Below are positions 1-13,114 of a stretch of DNA of 64,000 nucleotides, one piece after another. Source of the stretch: Octopus bimaculoides (taxonomy: Eukaryota); the NCBI RefSeq assembly GCF_001194135.2, contig NC_069000.1, positions 1,000,667-1,064,666 of the forward strand, written 5' to 3'. The notes beneath the pieces were generated by a model, which had not been told where the DNA came from, made no database searches, and saw only the letters and a program-made list of their open reading frames with translations. The position numbers and the translations under genes were made by a program. The stretch's first letter is position 1, and each line of letters opens with the position of its first letter.

Positions 1-1224
1 CCCCCCCCCCCGACCACCACCAAAGAATTCAACACTTTTTGTGGGATCCTGGTTCAGTTCCCTATTTCCCTGTGGAGAAACAACTCGGTGGAGCCTCAGC
101 TTTTCGTTGATGCTCCATGCAACGGATTGAATTTGTTTCGTGGTTAATCCGAGGCTTGTCTCTCAGTGACCTGCTTCGAAAACATATCAAAGTTTCATGA
201 TGGAGCTGATGCGGAAAGTTAAACAAATAAATATTCAGGTAGTCACCGAAGACGAATCGTTTGGATCCACCGTTGCTGTTAGGGGTTTCGTTTTAAATGT
301 TCTTCTTCTTCTTTCCCTTTCTTTCTTTCATCTTTGACAGAAAGCCACCCACCTCACGTTCTTAGTACGCTCCCTCCACACCGAAATGGAGTTTGTGGAA
401 TCACGATGTGGATTATCTGTAAACCGTTGGTAATTAAGTGCAGTCAAATCATTTCATTGCAAAACCACTCAACCGCTTCCCGGAGCGATCCTTTTTTCCA
501 ACAACTGACACTAGTGTTGCAGGATTCCTTCCGATCATTTACCAAATCACAAAACCTAAACATTTGATAGCAATTCTAGATCAATGAGCAAACATTCAGT
601 AATGGGAAAGTATTGTGTACTTTCGTAATTCACCTGTTCATTCTTTACACCTGCCGATATTTCTTTGATTACTTTAATCATAAAACTACTAATTATAATG
701 AATTTGTGGTAACATTCTATGAATCTATGGAGCGTATATTCTTCATCTATTTTTATTAATACACCGTTACAGATTATAAACAAAAACAGTAATAATCGGG
801 AATAATAATTAAAGCTATTGAGCAAATATTAATTGCTTCTTTCCTTAGTTTCAATATCAGAGAATAAAAAGTTAAAATCGCTGAATCTGTGCTCATAAAC
901 TATGATAAGTGACCAGAATTAGAATCATTGTAACATATCTGCATGGAATAAAGAAATTCGTAGAAATTATCTTTCGTTTAACAAGATCAACCTGATGCTG
1001 GAATGCAAAAGCTTTTTTATGTCTAATTCGATCTTTTTTTTTTTTATGCAAGAAACACACGAAGTCCCTTCTTTCAGCAATTTCCAGACAATTTCTTTGT
1101 TGATATTATGATTTCTAACAGTAAGGCTTGATTCAACTGGACAGGAGGGAAGGAAATGAAGCAGTAACAATTATTTATAGCCTCCGTCCTATTTCGATAT
1201 AAGGTGGGCTCTTATTTTTGCCAG

Positions 1225-1430
1225 TTTACTGCCTTAAATTTCCTTAAATTTTGGCACAAGGCCAGCAAATTCAAGGGAAGGGTTAAGTCGATTACATTGA
1301 CCCCTATTTGACTAGAACCTATTTTATCGACCCCCGAAAGGATGAAAGGCAAAGTCGACCTCGGCCAAATTTGAACTGAGAGCTTAAGGCTGGGCGAAAT
1401 GACGCTAAGCATTTTCCTGGCATTTTGCTC
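1225..1430 (-). mobile_element. tRNA-derived SINE, family 1
   Basis: Reverse complement contains gttcaaatttggccgaggtcgactttgcctttcatcctttcggggg-tcgataaaatagg, shared with copies at 29.5, 30.5, 33.6, 33.9, 36.4, 45.0 and 45.3 kb. Confidence 0.8.
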
Positions 1431-1457
1431 TGAAACCATTCTTATTATAATACCTTC

Positions 1458-1835
1458 ATTGTTCCGGGTTCAATCCCACTGCGTGGCACCTTGGGCAAGT
1501 ATCTTCTACTTGCCGACTAAAACCTTATGAGTGGATTTGATAGGCGGAAACTGAAAGAAGCCCGTTGTGTGTGTGTGTGTGTGCGTGTGTGTGTGTGTGT
1601 GTGTATAGATATGTATGTGTGTGTGTGTGTGTGTCTTTGTGTTTGCTTTGTCCCCCACCACATCTTGTCAACCAGTGTTGGTGTGTTTACGTCCCCGTAG
1701 CTTATTGGTTCTGCAAAAGAGTCTGATAGAATGAGTATCAGCCTTAAAAGCAAAACGGTTCATTCAACTATAAAAAAATCTTGAAGGCGGTGCCCCAGCA
1801 TGGCCGCAGAGTAATGCCTGAAACAAGTAAAGAAT
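1458..1835 (+). mobile_element. tRNA-derived SINE, family 2 (internal (GT)n)
   Basis: ccgggttcaatcccactgcgtggcaccttgggcaagt...gagtggatttg...ggaaactgaaagaagcccg...gtgccccagcatggccgcag; same family at 5.9, 16.2, 17.3, 27.9, 36.8, 55.7, 57.3 and 63.5 kb. Confidence 0.8.
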
Positions 1836-2235
1836 AACAGATGCATTCTGTGTGTTTCTCTGTCTTTGAGTGAATGTGTGTCATTTTTGTTTTGTTTCTC
1901 TTTTTTGTTTTATTCCTTCTGCTCCAGTCATTTCTTAAAACTCATTATCGAGCCATTGTTGCTCGCTAGAAGCCCTCACATATTTGAGTATCTGTACAAG
2001 TCTAAACATTCAAAGAAACCGTATCCGCATTGTTTCTGCTCAACGAAGAGCTGAATGAGACGGTGAGAAATTTGGAATTATTTCTCCACACTGTTCTAAG
2101 GTCTCGACAGATCTCTGACCTGGTTTTCATTTTCGACTTCATTTCACTCCACCTCTTTTCTGTGATTTGTGCAGAAGAATGGACTTTGGCATACCATTTG
2201 GAGACGTTAAGTCTTCAGGCGAGGTTTTAAAAGGA

Positions 2236-2282
2236 AATTTCCCGCGACCTTTATTGTGTTACTATAAAGGTCGCGAGAAATT
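2236..2282. repeat. Small inverted repeat: 19-bp arms, 1 mismatch, 9-nt loop
   Basis: aatttcccgcgacctttat-tgtgttact-ataaaggtcgcgagaaatt. Confidence 0.85.
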
Positions 2283-5200
2283 CTCATTTAATGGTGAGGC
2301 CACGAAGTACGAGATATGATCTCAGCAGCCTCAGCAGGAAGTGGAGTAGCCGTGGATTGTTGAAGTCCTCCTGGGAGATTGGGACAACTCGTGTTTTTTT
2401 TTTTGAGACGGCAGAGAAAGAGAAAGGTGGCACCTTCCAATAATATGTATGCTCCCCTTGATCGAAGTGACTCCGATTTGGTTGGTGTTAAGCTTGAAGT
2501 TCTACAAGTTGACAATTGTAGAATACATCCAATGAGAGAACCTCTACACGGTCGTTTGATCTGCTAGAAAGATTAACCCTTAAATTACATCCAATTGCCT
2601 TGAAGATGGAACTATAATGTAATTTTAGATGTATTTGCTTGGGTGGGGGACGATTTGATAGAATATATTACCAGCCAAGTACTGGAGCGGGGTGAGGGGT
2701 GGATTGTTGTCGATTTACTGTTTCTAGATGCGAATGGAATAATAAGACAGTAACCCACCCCCGCCACCTCTTCTAGTTTATTCCTTTGTCTCTCTTTCTT
2801 CTACCAAACCCACATTTATGCATTATCTATGAAGATAATATGGTAGTGAGCGGTGGAGGGCGGGCGATGGTGGTGGTCGTCTTGGTGGTTGCGGTAATGG
2901 TGGTGGCGATGGTGGTGGGGGTAGCTATTTTGGTTTTTTTTTTTTTAACCAATCACAAAAGAGGGGAAAATAACGTTTGGTTTATATTGTAGTCCGGTGC
3001 TTTTCTGTTCGCTTTGATTTTTAGAATAAATAAATAATTGATCCCCTCCTCCTCCTCCTCCTCTTCTCCCCTCTCTCTCTCTCCCTCTCTCTCTCTCACG
3101 CACACACATCTCATTGCAATCGTGATGATGCTGATTATCATCATCATGGTCGTCGTCGCCATCACCACCGCCGCCACCATCCTCCTCCTCCTCCTCCTCA
3201 TCATCAATTAAAAACACAACCGACTGTCTCATTTTATACTGTAAACAGGTAATTCTCTGCACACACACACACACACACATACACGAACTACAACCTGATT
3301 TATAGAGAAATAGTTTGATTTCTTTCACGTACACACACACACCACCACCACCATCAACAACAACAACAACGGCCTTTGTAGTAATAAGCAATGGATGCAG
3401 AAGTCGGTAGAATCGGCTGCGGTGGTCGGTGGAGCGGTTAGTTATAGCATTGCAGATGTCTTTCCGTCTGTCAGTCTCTCTTTGTCCCTGTCTCTCTTGT
3501 TTTCGCTCAGTGGTTGTCGGCATCTCTCTCTGCCTATCGGACATCAACAATAGTTCAGCCACCCTTCACTCAATCACAAATATATAATAAATAAATTGGA
3601 AACAGACATGGAGAAAAAGTATCTTATCCACCACAAATCCGGCTGGGTATGATTTAGGGATGATAGACACTGCTGTAGATCAGCAACAAATGTTTTCCTA
3701 ACCAGCAAAACTTCAATTCTTTGGAATCTTAATATCTCCCGCCTCACCGACTCCAGCTACAAAAGTATTCCGATAAAAACCACTGTGAAATCTAAACCAG
3801 CTGCAGTTATGCAGAGAGAGACAAGATCAACAGTTAAGAGCTCACTCGGATACCACTACTACTACTACTACTCTAACTGGGTGCGCCAAATGCGACGATG
3901 CAACTCTAGCCAGAATTCCACCCATACCAACGGATGTACCCTCTCGCGTTAGAAGACTTATTCCCCTGTATGACATCACTTTGGCATGTCAATAAATTCC
4001 AAATGGTAAATACTGAAAAGAACGAACTGCATCTTCAGGAATACTGAAGCAGTTTTATTTGAGATGTTCAAGAGTTGGAAGCCCCATAATCTCTTTACAT
4101 GTGACCCACTTAGTACCCCAACCCCCCACCCCGTCAAAAGAAAACATTGGGTGTCCTGAGGTGCTGACACGAGTATTCAGAACTCGCAAATCTACGATGG
4201 GTCTAACATCATCTGAGGTGAGGTTTGTTGACAATTCTTCGTCGCATTTCTTTATCGCTGCCTGGGTTGCAATTCCAATATTTCGATGTGTCGGTTCCCT
4301 CTGAACACTTCGTTTTCCATACGTCACAGAAATGATTATATTTCCGCGGCGGCGGTGGTGGTGGTGGTGGTGGTGGTGTTCATGGGGATTACTTCTCGAC
4401 ACTCCGCTTTTTATTTCCCACCTTTCCTGTCTTCGATCGCATTGTTTACACAGACGTATTCGCTTACGAAACATCGTAACTCTCGGTGCCGGCTCTGAAC
4501 GCTAGAGTCATTCTGTAGAGATAAACTTAAAAATGACAGCAAAATTTGCTTCAACACACGAGTTCACATCAAGAATCTTACAAACCAAATAAAAAACGAG
4601 ATAGTCAGATAAAAAATGTGTGTGTGTGTAATTGTGCGTGTATGAGCTAAATACAAATTTATATGTTAATAACCGCGTTTGTTTATCTTTAGGAAGAAGA
4701 CAGGAATGCATATATGCATACCAGAATATCATGTGTTACAGCCTATATATAAAAATATCTTCAGATAAGCGTGAATAAATGGATACATATGATATAGAGA
4801 AGTGTTTGTCGGAGAACGCTGAGCACCTGCTGACCTCAGCTCACGCGAGAGAGTGTTCATTTCAACGTGCAGCTTGCTTTACATTGATGCTGCCGATGCA
4901 ACAAGCTGACGCACCCCCGCTTCCTCCCTCGGAATCACAGGCTTCACGCATAAACAAGAAAAATATTCAATACATAGACTCGCAGTCGCACACACAAACA
5001 CACGTATGTGCATGTGTGCGCGCGTGTATAAGTGTGGGTGTGTGTGCTTTTTGAAGCTCCGTCGAAGTCACAGAGTGACGCAAGCACTCAACTTCAAGTG
5101 CATTGTATGTTATAGTAGCAGAAACGGTTTCAAGCTAATGATGTTCGTCACACAACTTCCTCTTCCCTCGCCATTTATTTAATCTCTTATCATGATGCTC

Positions 5201-5415
5201 TCTACTCGACATAACGCTTTCCTCTGGTGCAAAATGTATACTGAGGTCTAACACCAGATTATCAGAGTCGCTCTGCCTAAGCGACGTATCTGCCCCTCCA
5301 TATTTTAAGAGGTCATGGGCCAACAGGGTTTTGGGATCTGACGATACGCCATAAAGCTTAACCGTTTATGGACGGGAAATCTAAGGTAATTCCATATACC
5401 GGCCATCCCCATTTT

Positions 5416-5471
<56 letters not shown>

Positions 5472-5889
5472 TATCAAAATAAGCAACAGGATATCAAGAA
5501 GTGATGCATTACGACCGTTTCAAGCGGCTCCATTTAATTGAACAATGCAATCATTACATTAATTTGAATGCAGGGCTATCCTCAGTTGCACAAATATATA
5601 AATAGAACTTTAATCAGTCGGATACATTAATATAATCTTATTCAAATACTCTAATAGAGCAAGAGTTGATTGTAATATATCGATAATAACGTATAAATAT
5701 TTGTGTATGTTTGCGTGTGTGCACATAGTTAAATATGTGTGTGTGTATCTGTACACAACTTTTATTTTTTCTGATACTTTATAATTAATATATAGATAGC
5801 ATGTTTATCTTTCCAGTATTCCATAAGTAAATGCCCAGAGCAGTCTTCATAGGAGCCACCCAATAAGTAAATAATTAAGTACATGAAAG

Positions 5890-6010
5890 AAGGCTTTGAT
5901 CAACCCGAGGCCATAGTAGAAGACACTTGTCCAGGTGTCACGCAGTGGGACTGAACCCTGGACTATGTGGTTGGGAAGCAAGCTTCTTACCACACAGCCG
6001 TGCCTGCGCC
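5890..6010 (-). mobile_element. Family-2 SINE fragment
   Basis: agaagacacttgtccaggtgtcacgcagtgggactgaaccc...gggaagcaagcttcttaccacacagcc. Confidence 0.8.
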
Positions 6011-6419
6011 TATTGTAGATAAATTTGTTAAAAGTCTCCTATGGACACCAGTTGAGAATTAATGGTTTCAACGAAGAAACAAGTTTGAATGTCACAAACT
6101 TCATGTCTCCCTCGGTAGTCTTCCTTCGTAACATTTCAGTTCTGCGCGTCCCTTCTCTTTCTCTATCCTTACTTATCTGTTTCAGCTCCCCCCCACTCTA
6201 TCTCTCCAAATAATACCCGAACATCCACCCCGATACTACCAACGTTCTCTAAATTTAGCCGACTCTGCTGTCCCCCATCAAAGCCGTTCTGCTCTCTTTC
6301 TGGCCAATGAAAACACAATCATTCAGTCATCTGGTCCCGCTCTGTCCGGACTCAGTGAAGAAAGCGGGGTAGACGGGTGGCGGGAGTCGTTTATGGAGGG
6401 GGAAAGTGGGGGTGAGTGG

Positions 6420-6850
6420 AAAGGAAGAGGAAATTTTAAGGTAGGGGGGAGGTATATGAGTGTCAAATGTGTATGTATGTATGTATGTGTTTGTATGTAT
6501 GCATGTATGTGTGTGTGCATGTTGTATGTGCGTGTGTGTGTGTATGTATGTGTGTATGTATATATGTATGTGTGCATGTGCGTGTCTACTCAGAGAAAGG
6601 AAAAATTGAGAAAGAATGCAGACAAATAAACTGAGTGACACGAGCGGAGCGACGAGAAAATATATTGAGAGAGAGAGAGAGAGAGAGAGGAGGAGGGCGG
6701 GATGTAGGGAGAGAGAGAGAGGCAGACAGATAGACAGAGGTAGAAAGAGAGAGAGAGAACACAGAAGAAGAAAGAAAGATAGAGAGAAAGAAGAAATGAT
6801 AATTATGCACATATGAACAACTACACACACACACATATATATATATATAT
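6420..6850. repeat. Compound microsatellite block: (GT/TATG)n, (GA)n, (CA)n/(TA)n
   Basis: Simple repeats seen directly; source of several spurious ORFs. Confidence 0.95.
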
Positions 6851-7677
6851 ACGTATTTGACAAGAAGGGTGGGGGGGACATGAGAAGATAGAGAGAGAAT
6901 GAGAGAAAGAAGAAAAATTGGGAGGGGGAGATGAAAATAAAATAGACAGGAAAGAGTTGAAGAGAGAGGGGAGCGTAAGTTGCACTATCACCACCACCAC
7001 CACATCTCCGTTTACCTCCTCCTCCGCTTATCCTCCCATTTACAGAGTTAATTGTTGTCTCTCACAAACCAGAAGCCGAAGACCATTTCTAGTGATTAAT
7101 AAACTAGTTTATCAACTGGATACCACCACACTAACTCCTTATTTATATAATTCCTCTTCTCTATATTTGTTAACCTTTGATCGTCGACTGGAGCTTTCAA
7201 TTTCTTGGTAAGTGTTGCTTTTAATTATCGATCCCGTCTTTCAAACTTTCAAGTCACTCCACTAATCGCACACACGCAGATGCTAACATAATGTAATGGA
7301 TTATAAATTATAATATAGTTACGTCTCTATCGTAATAATATTAACTAGAAATGATTGTCTCTGTCTCTCTTTCTCTTCTGTATTTATTAAAATGTTTTGG
7401 CGTAAAATTTTCAGTTTTGACTTTGAGAAAGAAAAAGGGTTAAAAGTCTGCTGAGGTTGTTGACCATGTCATCAGAAAAATAAAGGAAAACCTGGAAAGT
7501 GGCACAAACAACTGAAGATCTTTATGCTACTAACATGTATTTTAGTTTTTGCGCTCACGCACACACACACATATTAAATTTAATTACCGTTTTGATGAGT
7601 CCCAAAACAAACGATCTTTCGTGTTGCGGTTACAAACACCAAAGAAAATTCAAACGTGAATGTTATTAAATTTTCGG

Positions 7678-7793
7678 GCGAAGGTAAAGAATACGAACAC
7701 CACTCGTTTTCGGCGTTTAGGATTAGGGTTAGGATTACTGTTGGGATTAGGGTTACGCCGAAAACGGGTGGTATGCGTATTCTTTACCTCCGC
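7678..7793. mobile_element. Miniature inverted-repeat element with a telomere-like (TTAGGG/TTAGGA) core
   Basis: 39-bp arms 7678-7716 and 7755-7793 with 4 mismatches; 38-nt spacer ttaggattagggttaggattactgttgggattagggtt. Confidence 0.7.
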
Positions 7794-8323
7794 TAAATTT
7801 TCTACCAAGAAACAAATTGTAATCTTTTAATCTATAATTTTCATAAAGTATATAATTATATTTAAAACATATTGGCTAAGGATGGTATTGTTTGATCCAA
7901 TATAATAACAGTGATTGCACCAGATTCGCCCAGTGATGATGAAACCAGAATTCCGAGATTCAGTTTTCCTTCGTTTAATGCTAAAACTTTCGTTAAGCAT
8001 CATTCGCTTCGAACAAGATGTTCCTCTAGAGATGAGAGGCAGAGAAATTTGCTTTTCCCTTTCTCGGTTAAGGCCTTATGTTTATTATGAAACCTGTTAC
8101 GGGTTATATTTGCGCTACAGTACTACCCGTGCTGCTATGATTAACAATGCCTGTGTTTACTTCCTGATATTGTTATTAACAAGCAAAGGTAAACGAGCCA
8201 GCGAGAAAGTTTCTACACGATCCCTCGACCTGCTAGACTTAGCAACCGAGTCTCCCATAGTCACACGTTATTATCGTAAAAGGAGGGGCATGCTGAACGA
8301 AGCAGTCCTAAATAAACTCCATT

Positions 8324-8601
8324 CAGGGCCGCCTTAACACCAGAGCCTTCAAAGCAATGCACTGCGGTTTCTAATATTCATTAATTGACAGCCACATTAT
8401 ATATAGAATTAATATCGAGCCCCTAGACGTGTGGGTAGGACAGCCTTTGGGGCATCATAGGCCTCCCCAGGCAAATCAATGCACTGAGCCCTAAATATCT
8501 ATCGATAGCAAGCTATAACATACATATATCAGAATTGGATCCCTAGATCCGTGAGGTCCCTGGGCAACCGTCCAGTGTGGTTATGCCTTAAGACAGCACT
8601 G
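8324..8601. mobile_element. Possible old hAT-like non-autonomous element
   Basis: Ends cagggccgccttaa and ttaagacagcactg match 11/14 as inverted repeats; no intact TSD. Confidence 0.4.
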
Positions 8602-11452
8602 CCCGCGGGGGACCCAAGCCTTAAGATAGCAATGACTATATTTGAATGAAAAAGAAAACGGGTTGGTCATAGTCGGAACGCTTTTAATCATGTCGGTTCC
8701 GTAGGGACCGATCTGGAGTTCAATAAACGCCTGTATTGCCGTGGTTGTCGCTGTCCCCAGGTCAGCCGTGATTGAGTATATCTATTATTAAAGGCATTGG
8801 CCATTCTGTTTCTTAGGGATATCTAGGACTACAATGTTTCGTGTGACCTCTTGATGACGGTAGGGATGTGAAGAAGGAGTTTGGCTGCTATGTCTGGCCG
8901 GCCCTTCATTGGGTTAGCCGTGATTGAGAACCTATGAGAAATAACAATTGGATGTAGTCACACCCAGCCGTCAAAAATAAGAAACCTACATGTTCTTAGA
9001 AAGGACGGTGGTCACTGTTGGAAGGCTTTTTGGATCAAAGATCCTGTGGATATCAAGGGATAGAGCGTTAATCAGCAACAACAATATTCAACCAAATGTT
9101 GTTGCATGAAATTCTGCTCCCTAATTCAAGATATGAATTCAATCACATCCTTTCATCTTAATCTAGTAAAGCAACATCTGACCAATGAGGAAGTTTTTAT
9201 GTGGTCTCTCGTTCTGCTAGAAATCGCAGCTAAATATCTCTCAAGTTACACCATTATACACTGTCTAAAAAAAGAAGAAAAAGAAACAAGACGGAATGGT
9301 CACAGTTGGAATGCCGTTGGTCATAGACCTGCTTTGTCACTGTTGAGTTGCGTGGCTCAACAACTGCAACAAGGAAGGACTCGTTATATAATCTCCCAAA
9401 TCCACTCTGAATCAAAGGACAAGATTGTTACTGCTCTTCGGTGAGTTACAAACCGGAATGCACATGATTCATTTTCCTAACCATTTCAATAAATATTTAA
9501 ACTTAGAAATAATTAAATTATAATTTGATTAGTGAAGAAAAGCAAAGACAATTAGCAGAAAGAGGGAATTGACGATATGAAAAAAAAAAAGAAGAAAAAA
9601 ACGGCTACATTCTCTGGAATTTTGGCAACTTTTTCAGTGTGGCTTTTTTACGTTTCCTTTCGTCATTCAGGAAGGAAATGAAAAGGCAAATATATATATT
9701 TTTTAAATAATGAAACAAAAACCACCACAAAAAACATATTTTTAATGTTAAGTACAAAGAAAAAAAGACAAAACAAAAGCTCGATTTTGTTCGGCGGCTC
9801 CAGGACGGTGGCGGTGAGCAAAAGTTGCTTCTTTCTTTTATTGTGAAAGGACATGATTTGAGGTGATTTATTTCTAGCAGATCGAACGACCGCGTTGAGG
9901 TTCCGTCTTCGATCCGATCGAGTTTGTGTAATTGTTTGAACAGTAATGAAATAGTTTTGAAAACAGTCTTGTTAGTAATGTAAATAACGATAGTGTTGGT
10001 GGAGACTGGAGACAGCTTTTCTGGACGAGAAAGTGTTACAAGTTTGGTGAAAACTGTTTGCTGACGGAATTGATTGAATTTCAGTTTAGGAGTGGGAGGT
10101 TTTAGCTAATAGAATAGATATGAAGATACTGGCACAGAAAATTGAGAAATATGTCGAAACGGCAACTCGCCCGATTCATTTCCATCACTGCTGATTGTAA
10201 ACTACTCACATTTAGGTTTATTTATATCTATATATTCAATGGCGTATATTTATATACACTCACTGGGGTGTTAAGTCAGGCAGGAGGGCGAGACGATCGG
10301 TTGCTCTGCGAACTGGAATATCAGCTCGAAGCCTATCATCCGTTATTCCTCGCTAACAAGTCATTGAGGTTGCGTCTTTTATGGCTGTACATACTAGAAA
10401 CTACAGCATAACTCCTACAAACCACACCATACCGACTTATGAAAAGAAGGACACATTGCCTGATGTAGTCCGAGCTACATAAAGGGATGGGTTGGATGCA
10501 ATGTCTTGATTATAGGTCATGCTCTACTAAGAAGGCAAAACCTGGAGTTAAGCTAGAAACTATGTTGAAGGGTTGAACCAACAACAGATCTTTTATGTGG
10601 TAACTCAACATGCTAGAAACAATAGCCAAATCTCCTTCAGATTATACCTTGCTACCTTAAAAAAGAAAGTACAATTTAGATCGTGTAGTCCTAGATATAT
10701 AATCTCGGCAACCCTTCGGTATTGGTCTCCAGAGTGTCGTTGTGAGACGATGTCATTCACCCTATTTTTCAGTCTCGCCTCTTTATCTGTCATGAAGGGA
10801 AGTTGTGTGGGTGAATGACGTCGTGTACCAATACCGAAAGATTGCTGTTTCTGACACAGGCACAATGTCCGAAAAGGATGAAAGGCGGAATTGTCGTGGG
10901 CGGGATTTCAACTCAAAATGTCAAGAGATTATCTTCGACGCTTTCCGGATTCTGTCAATCCATCACCAGAGGGATTTCCCAATCCCTTTTAATTCAACTG
11001 ATGCTGCAATACACAGTGATTCCGATCTGTCCTGCAATGTCCTGCGATCCTTTGCTTCTCGTTCTTTCTCAGTCCGTCGTATAGAATCAATTCCACCAAC
11101 TTCTCTTTCTTCATGTTTTCTGAATATAATCCTCTGCATTCCTATAGAATAGAGTCAGAAATGATCTAACACATCAAAACCCCGTAATTTCTTCGGATAA
11201 TATTTAAATCTGTTTTAAGGGGGGAAATAATGGCTAGCAATTTTGGCTCCACCCATTTTTTTTTTTTCGATTTTTATTAAATAAGTGTTTGGCATAATTT
11301 TGAAGAATCGTAATCTCAGATGTTAAAAACTTTAGATCCGAGAAAAAAGTTTCAAAAGAATGTAAAAACTAAAAGATTACCGAAAAGCGGGAGCAACCCT
11401 GACATTTTTTGGTGCAAAATCGTAAAACATAGCAGAAGGTAAGGCTGTTTTA

Positions 11453-12185
11453 NNNNNNNNNNNNNNNNNNNNNNNNNNNNNNNNNNNNNNNNNNNNNNNN
11501 NNNNNNNNNNNNNNNNNNNNNNNNNNNNNNNNNNNNNNNNNNNNNNNNNNNNNNNNNNNNNNNNNNNNNNNNNNNNNNNNNNNNNNNNNNNNNNNNNNNN
11601 NNNNNNNNNNNNNNNNNNNNNNNNNNNNNNNNNNNNNNNNNNNNNNNNNNNNNNNNNNNNNNNNNNNNNNNNNNNNNNNNNNNNNNNNNNNNNNNNNNNN
11701 NNNNNNNNNNNNNNNNNNNNNNNNNNNNNNNNNNNNNNNNNNNNNNNNNNNNNNNNNNNNNNNNNNNNNNNNNNNNNNNNNNNNNNNNNNNNNNNNNNNN
11801 NNNNNNNNNNNNNNNNNNNNNNNNNNNNNNNNNNNNNNNNNNNNNNNNNNNNNNNNNNNNNNNNNNNNNNNNNNNNNNNNNNNNNNNNNNNNNNNNNNNN
11901 NNNNNNNNNNNNNNNNNNNNNNNNNNNNNNNNNNNNNNNNNNNNNNNNNNNNNNNNNNNNNNNNNNNNNNNNNNNNNNNNNNNNNNNNNNNNNNNNNNNN
12001 NNNNNNNNNNNNNNNNNNNNNNNNNNNNNNNNNNNNNNNNNNNNNNNNNNNNNNNNNNNNNNNNNNNNNNNNNNNNNNNNNNNNNNNNNNNNNNNNNNNN
12101 NNNNNNNNNNNNNNNNNNNNNNNNNNNNNNNNNNNNNNNNNNNNNNNNNNNNNNNNNNNNNNNNNNNNNNNNNNNNNNNNNNNNN
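11453..12185. other. Assembly gap. Other gaps: 12594-13012, 20554-20745, 22130-22265, 23490-23499, 36283-36292, 37207-37543, 50519-50538
   Basis: Runs of N. Confidence 1.
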
Positions 12186-12468
12186 GGCCATAGTTATTTT
12201 AGATTATGACGTTTTCTTTTCCTTATGAGTCTATTAAGTAAAACGTCTTGATTCGTTCTCTGTATTAAATATGTTAAAATTGAATTTACAAGTTCTTTGT
12301 TAGTTGAGGCTACAAACGGGTTTCAGTGCTACAGTGTAAAACATTAGCTCGGTACGTGACCGCACACACACACACACACAAAATGTCGTTACATAATCTA
12401 GACCAGAAGCTTTACACCGCACCGTTGCATCTCTATTCATTTACGACAAAGTGCTGTGTAACTATCCT

Positions 12469-13114
12469 GGGATCTATTTTAAAACGGGGGCACCAGTTTT
12501 CATTTATGTTTTATGTAGTGTTTTTGGTACCGAAAGACTTTCAAACTTCGTATACTTATCTATTTTGTGTTATAGAACAGAAAAAAAATTTTGNNNNNNN
12601 NNNNNNNNNNNNNNNNNNNNNNNNNNNNNNNNNNNNNNNNNNNNNNNNNNNNNNNNNNNNNNNNNNNNNNNNNNNNNNNNNNNNNNNNNNNNNNNNNNNN
12701 NNNNNNNNNNNNNNNNNNNNNNNNNNNNNNNNNNNNNNNNNNNNNNNNNNNNNNNNNNNNNNNNNNNNNNNNNNNNNNNNNNNNNNNNNNNNNNNNNNNN
12801 NNNNNNNNNNNNNNNNNNNNNNNNNNNNNNNNNNNNNNNNNNNNNNNNNNNNNNNNNNNNNNNNNNNNNNNNNNNNNNNNNNNNNNNNNNNNNNNNNNNN
12901 NNNNNNNNNNNNNNNNNNNNNNNNNNNNNNNNNNNNNNNNNNNNNNNNNNNNNNNNNNNNNNNNNNNNNNNNNNNNNNNNNNNNNNNNNNNNNNNNNNNN
13001 NNNNNNNNNNNNAGATGTTTTATATGACACATTCTACCAGTGTCCCAAGTTTCAAAGTGTTTCGTTAGTGTTTCGTTAAGAAAATACTGGTGCCCCCGTT
13101 TTAAAATAGATCCC
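12469..13114. mobile_element. Non-autonomous DNA transposon with perfect 29-bp terminal inverted repeats and a 6-bp target-site duplication; interior mostly gap
   Basis: Left gggatctattttaaaacgggggcaccagt (12469-12497) is the exact reverse complement of the right end (13086-13114). TSD tatcct at 12463-12468 and 13115-13120. Confidence 0.85.

Noticed and set aside
4055-4474. 139-aa minus-strand ORF with a poly-His run (and ORF 2945-3562)
   Set aside because: The runs come from (GGT)n and other microsatellites; no recognisable domain or convincing splice sites.
11352-13079. ORFs of 150-279 aa here and at 20.4-20.8, 21.9-22.4 and 36.9-37.6 kb
   Set aside because: They are open only because they run through N gaps.
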